DNA of 64,000 bases from positions 648,958 to 712,957 of the forward strand of contig OZ242372.1 of assembly GCA_965209035.1 (NCBI GenBank), read 5' to 3'. The notes under the pieces were generated by a model that was not told where the DNA came from, did not search any database, and saw only the letters and a list, made by a program, of their open reading frames with translations. This stretch comes from Gammaproteobacteria bacterium (GTDB lineage: Bacteria > Pseudomonadota > Gammaproteobacteria > CBDBNL01 > JAAOII01). Each line of letters begins with the position of its first letter. The first letter of the stretch is position 1. Below, piece after piece: positions 61,504 through 64,000 of this stretch. Both the position numbers and the translations under genes were made by a program.

Positions 61504-62051
61504 TTTCTTATTATGCTATCCATTTGAAATAATCTGTCAACTTCTCCTTTATTATGAAGGGCTTTATCTTTTTGTAGGGTTGGTCCCACATAAACCGCGT
61601 ATATTATATCATTTTCGGATTGTTTATGACTATGTGTAAAAGAAATAAATCCTTTGTCCGCCAATTCTTGCTTCAATTTTTGTGCGGATTCTTTGCTTTT
61701 TAATGAAGCCACCTGAACTACCCAGCGCACCGGAATTCCATTATCATCAAAAGAAAAAGCATCCAGGCCGGCCTCACCGGCTTTGGGTTTGACGGTTTTC
61801 TTGGCATCTTTGCCGGAATTTTTTGCTTGAGTTTGAACATTTTCTTTGATTTCGGATAATTTTTCTTTGATCTCCAAAGAGTCAGAGACGGGCGGCGGCG
61901 GTTTTAACTCAAGCTCAACAAATCCCGGCGGCACTTCAATATCCCGATAGGAATGCGGCGGGATGTTGCGTAAAAGTTGTAAAAAAACAATCACCGCAAT
62001 CACCAAAACAATGACCCCGCCTAAGATGCGAGAGCGAATCTTGTCATCCAT
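61494..62051 (-). CDS. dedD: DedD-like cell-division protein (N-terminal TM + C-terminal SPOR domain)
   Basis: Single TM, a charged linker, and a C-terminal roughly 75-aa SPOR-like domain ('VVQVASLKSKESAQKLKQEL...YAVYVGP'). Confidence 0.62.
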   Translation of the reverse strand: MDDKIRSRILGGVIVLVIAVIVFLQLLRNIPPHSYRDIEVPPGFVELELKPPPPVSDSLEIKEKLSEIKENVQTQAKNSGKDAKKTVKPKAGEAGLDAFSFDDNGIPVRWVVQVASLKSKESAQKLKQELADKGFISFTHSHKQSENDIIYAVYVGPTLQKDKALHNKGEVDRLFQMDSIIRKWN

Positions 62052-62072
62052 TTTGTTAATTCAATTTCAACA

Positions 62073-63677
62073 TCAATCAAAAACAACCCGAATGCCTATG
62101 ACGGAAGATTTGTGATGCAAAGGGGCCTTTGCATAATAACTATAATACGCGCTTAATGGACCGGGAAGGCGATAGTTTCCTCCTTTAACTATGGCCTTAA
62201 GAGTCGCACCTTCCGGGGTAAAAGAACTTGTCCATTCCGAAATATTACCCGCCATTGACACCACCCCTGTGTTTGTTTTATCCGCTAACTCTTTGCGAAC
62301 AGGAATCGGCACATCCGGCGTATATTGATTTTCAAGATCTCGCACATGCGCCGCTTCTTTTTGATACGCATTTCCCCAGGGGTAAGGCTTACGAGAGTCA
62401 CCGCCGAAAGCATAAAGCCATTCGCGTTCGGTAGGCAGCCTGCCCCCGGCCCATTTCGCAAATGCATAAGCACTCCACCAATCAATACCAACCACAGGCA
62501 GATCCAATTGACCGGTCTGTTCTTGCCAATTCGTTGGTCGATAAGAATGTTTACGCGGTTGGTTTTTGTTCGCATAAAAGCCGAGACCGGCAAAAGGGTC
62601 ACGCAAAAAACTTCGATATTGTGCCCGACTCACTTCATACTTACCAAACCTAATGTCCCCGTTCTGCGGAGAAACTGCCGAGAGAAAGTTTCTAAAAGAA
62701 GACGGTTTGATTTCTTCGGATCGCGACAGTAACTTGGGCGCATAATGCCGAGCAGCAATGCCGATAAAATAAGAACCACCCGAAACACGAACGACCTTAC
62801 TTTTTGCATTCCACGGTATTTCTCGCACGGAGTTTTTCAAGTCTTTGTCCCGGTTGTTCGGCGGGTAAACACAACGAAACCCGGTGTACTTGGAACGAAA
62901 AGAAAAAGGTGCCGGCCGTGCAATAAAATTGAGAGCATGGATCTGATGCGGGCGATTATAACTGTTACCGCCGCGTAGCACAGATCTTTTGTCTTCCGTG
63001 ATCTCCAAAGTCCATTCCGAAAGACCGCTCCCCAAATCATAAACACCTTCGGGACTGGCATTTGGCTGACGCTGTTTATCCGAGGCCGCCAAATTCAACA
63101 GAGGATCACTATAACGCCATGCCGAGGCAACAAACTTCTCTCCCCAAGGATAGGATCTGTTTTCTTTGCCGCCGGCAGCGGCAATCCATTGTTCTCGATT
63201 TGGGAGAGAGCCACCGACTGCGGAACAATAAGCATAGGCCTCGTAAAAGCTCACCCCGGCTGCCGGAAGTGCCAGTTTTCCTAAAATAGGATGTCGGGCA
63301 TGCGGGTTTTGAAAACGATAGTCCGCTGGCTGAGAAACATGCACATGCCGTTGCCCGGATGCTCCTTGTAAAACATACCAGTTCAGAAATTGGCGGTAAT
63401 CACTTTGACGAACTTCGTATTTATCAATATAAAAAGCGTCGATCCGCAACATCTCACCCGAAGCCATGATTTGATCCCTTAGTTCCCCGTTACCCAAAAC
63501 ATAACCGGCGTGTTCGGCAATTGCCCGGTCCAAACCGCTCAGCGGAGTTTCTTGAGCGGGAACATCCAACGCGACGCGTTCTATGAAACGTGCCTGTACT
63601 CGTAAAAAAATAAGATAAACCGCCAGTGCGAAAACCGGCAATATCCATAAAACAAGGTAAGTGAATCGTCTCAGCAT
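62073..63677 (-). CDS. Membrane-anchored protein with two tandem FGE-sulfatase/SUMF1-like domains
   Basis: N-terminal TM, then two repeats, each with 'YEVxxxxYRxFL', a 'W...GGxLP(N/T)ExEW' core, 'PWGxxF', and an 'RGGNxxxxP / GFRCV'-type C-terminal motif characteristic of the FGE/SUMF1/PvdO/EgtB fold. Confidence 0.62.
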   Translation of the reverse strand: MLRRFTYLVLWILPVFALAVYLIFLRVQARFIERVALDVPAQETPLSGLDRAIAEHAGYVLGNGELRDQIMASGEMLRIDAFYIDKYEVRQSDYRQFLNWYVLQGASGQRHVHVSQPADYRFQNPHARHPILGKLALPAAGVSFYEAYAYCSAVGGSLPNREQWIAAAGGKENRSYPWGEKFVASAWRYSDPLLNLAASDKQRQPNASPEGVYDLGSGLSEWTLEITEDKRSVLRGGNSYNRPHQIHALNFIARPAPFSFRSKYTGFRCVYPPNNRDKDLKNSVREIPWNAKSKVVRVSGGSYFIGIAARHYAPKLLSRSEEIKPSSFRNFLSAVSPQNGDIRFGKYEVSRAQYRSFLRDPFAGLGFYANKNQPRKHSYRPTNWQEQTGQLDLPVVGIDWWSAYAFAKWAGGRLPTEREWLYAFGGDSRKPYPWGNAYQKEAAHVRDLENQYTPDVPIPVRKELADKTNTGVVSMAGNISEWTSSFTPEGATLKAIVKGGNYRLPGPLSAYYSYYAKAPLHHKSSVIGIRVVFD

Positions 63678-63719
63678 TTTATTATCATATGATTATAATG
63701 CAACACCTATCTGCGGAAC

Positions 63720-64000
63720 TTACGAAGTCAGGCGAGTACGGGTAATGCCGCTACCAAGTGCCCAAAGAACCATCACAATTAAAATAAAGGTCCCGCCGTA
63801 AACCAGACTCAACACGATCTCACGCCGAGAAGAAAAAACCGGTAACTTGGTAAAAATGGACTGACTTCCCAAGTAAACTTTGTTCAGTTCCCCCAAAACT
63901 CCAAAATCAAACCCTTCAATAATTTCACCTCCGTAAACATATCCGATGACCACATCGGAGATGTTCGGATCCAAAACAGCGACGGGATACCACCGCTCAA
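63720..64000 (-). CDS. 3' portion of a CDS running off the window edge; hypothetical protein with C-terminal TM helix
   Basis: The reading frame stays open to position 64000. The C-terminal hydrophobic segment is 'LVYGGTFILIVMVLWAL'. Confidence 0.3.
   Translation of the reverse strand, partial: ERWYPVAVLDPNISDVVIGYVYGGEIIEGFDFGVLGELNKVYLGSQSIFTKLPVFSSRREIVLSLVYGGTFILIVMVLWALGSGITRTRLTS

Overview
This window is a mostly housekeeping chromosomal segment of a Gram-negative, probably gammaproteobacterial genome, with no CRISPR array or obvious horizontally acquired island. The calls rest on protein motifs and gene order I recognise by eye; no database search was run.

Conserved blocks in order:
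- lpxK, msbA, exbD, exbB and comEC, all on the minus strand.
- yggS, then ubiG-lspA-ispH and dsbB.
- proB, obg and rpmA-rplU.
- tsaB, adk and the truB-rbfA-infB-nusA-rimP operon.
- Divergent rlmE-ftsH.
- acs, then two tandem 1300-bp IS481-like elements, then a sodium:solute symporter.
- A six-gene sugar ABC uptake operon that carries an SDR dehydrogenase and an unassigned 394-aa enzyme.
- A yhdH-like oxidoreductase, then iscS-iscU-iscA.
- secE-nusG-rplK-rplA-rplJ-rplL-rpoB-rpoC, preceded by the thrU-tyrU-glyT-thrT tRNA cluster, tuf and tRNA-Trp.
- purF-cvpA-dedD-like, and a protein with two FGE/SUMF1-like domains.

The things I would look at again:
- msbA is split by a single-base frameshift while both halves remain intact.
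- The tandem IS pair sits in the acs/transporter divergent promoter region, and one internal patch differs strongly between the copies.
- rplU is about 185 aa longer than normal: an internal insert plus a lysine/alanine-rich tail of about 150 aa.
- In-frame short tandem repeats have expanded inside essential genes (truB, nusA, rpoC, tsaB, and an insert in ispH).
- Two candidate modules of unknown function: an outer-membrane barrel plus a Cys-rich lipoprotein, and the unassigned enzyme inside the sugar operon.
- About 480-bp non-coding spacers with simple repeats flank obg on both sides.
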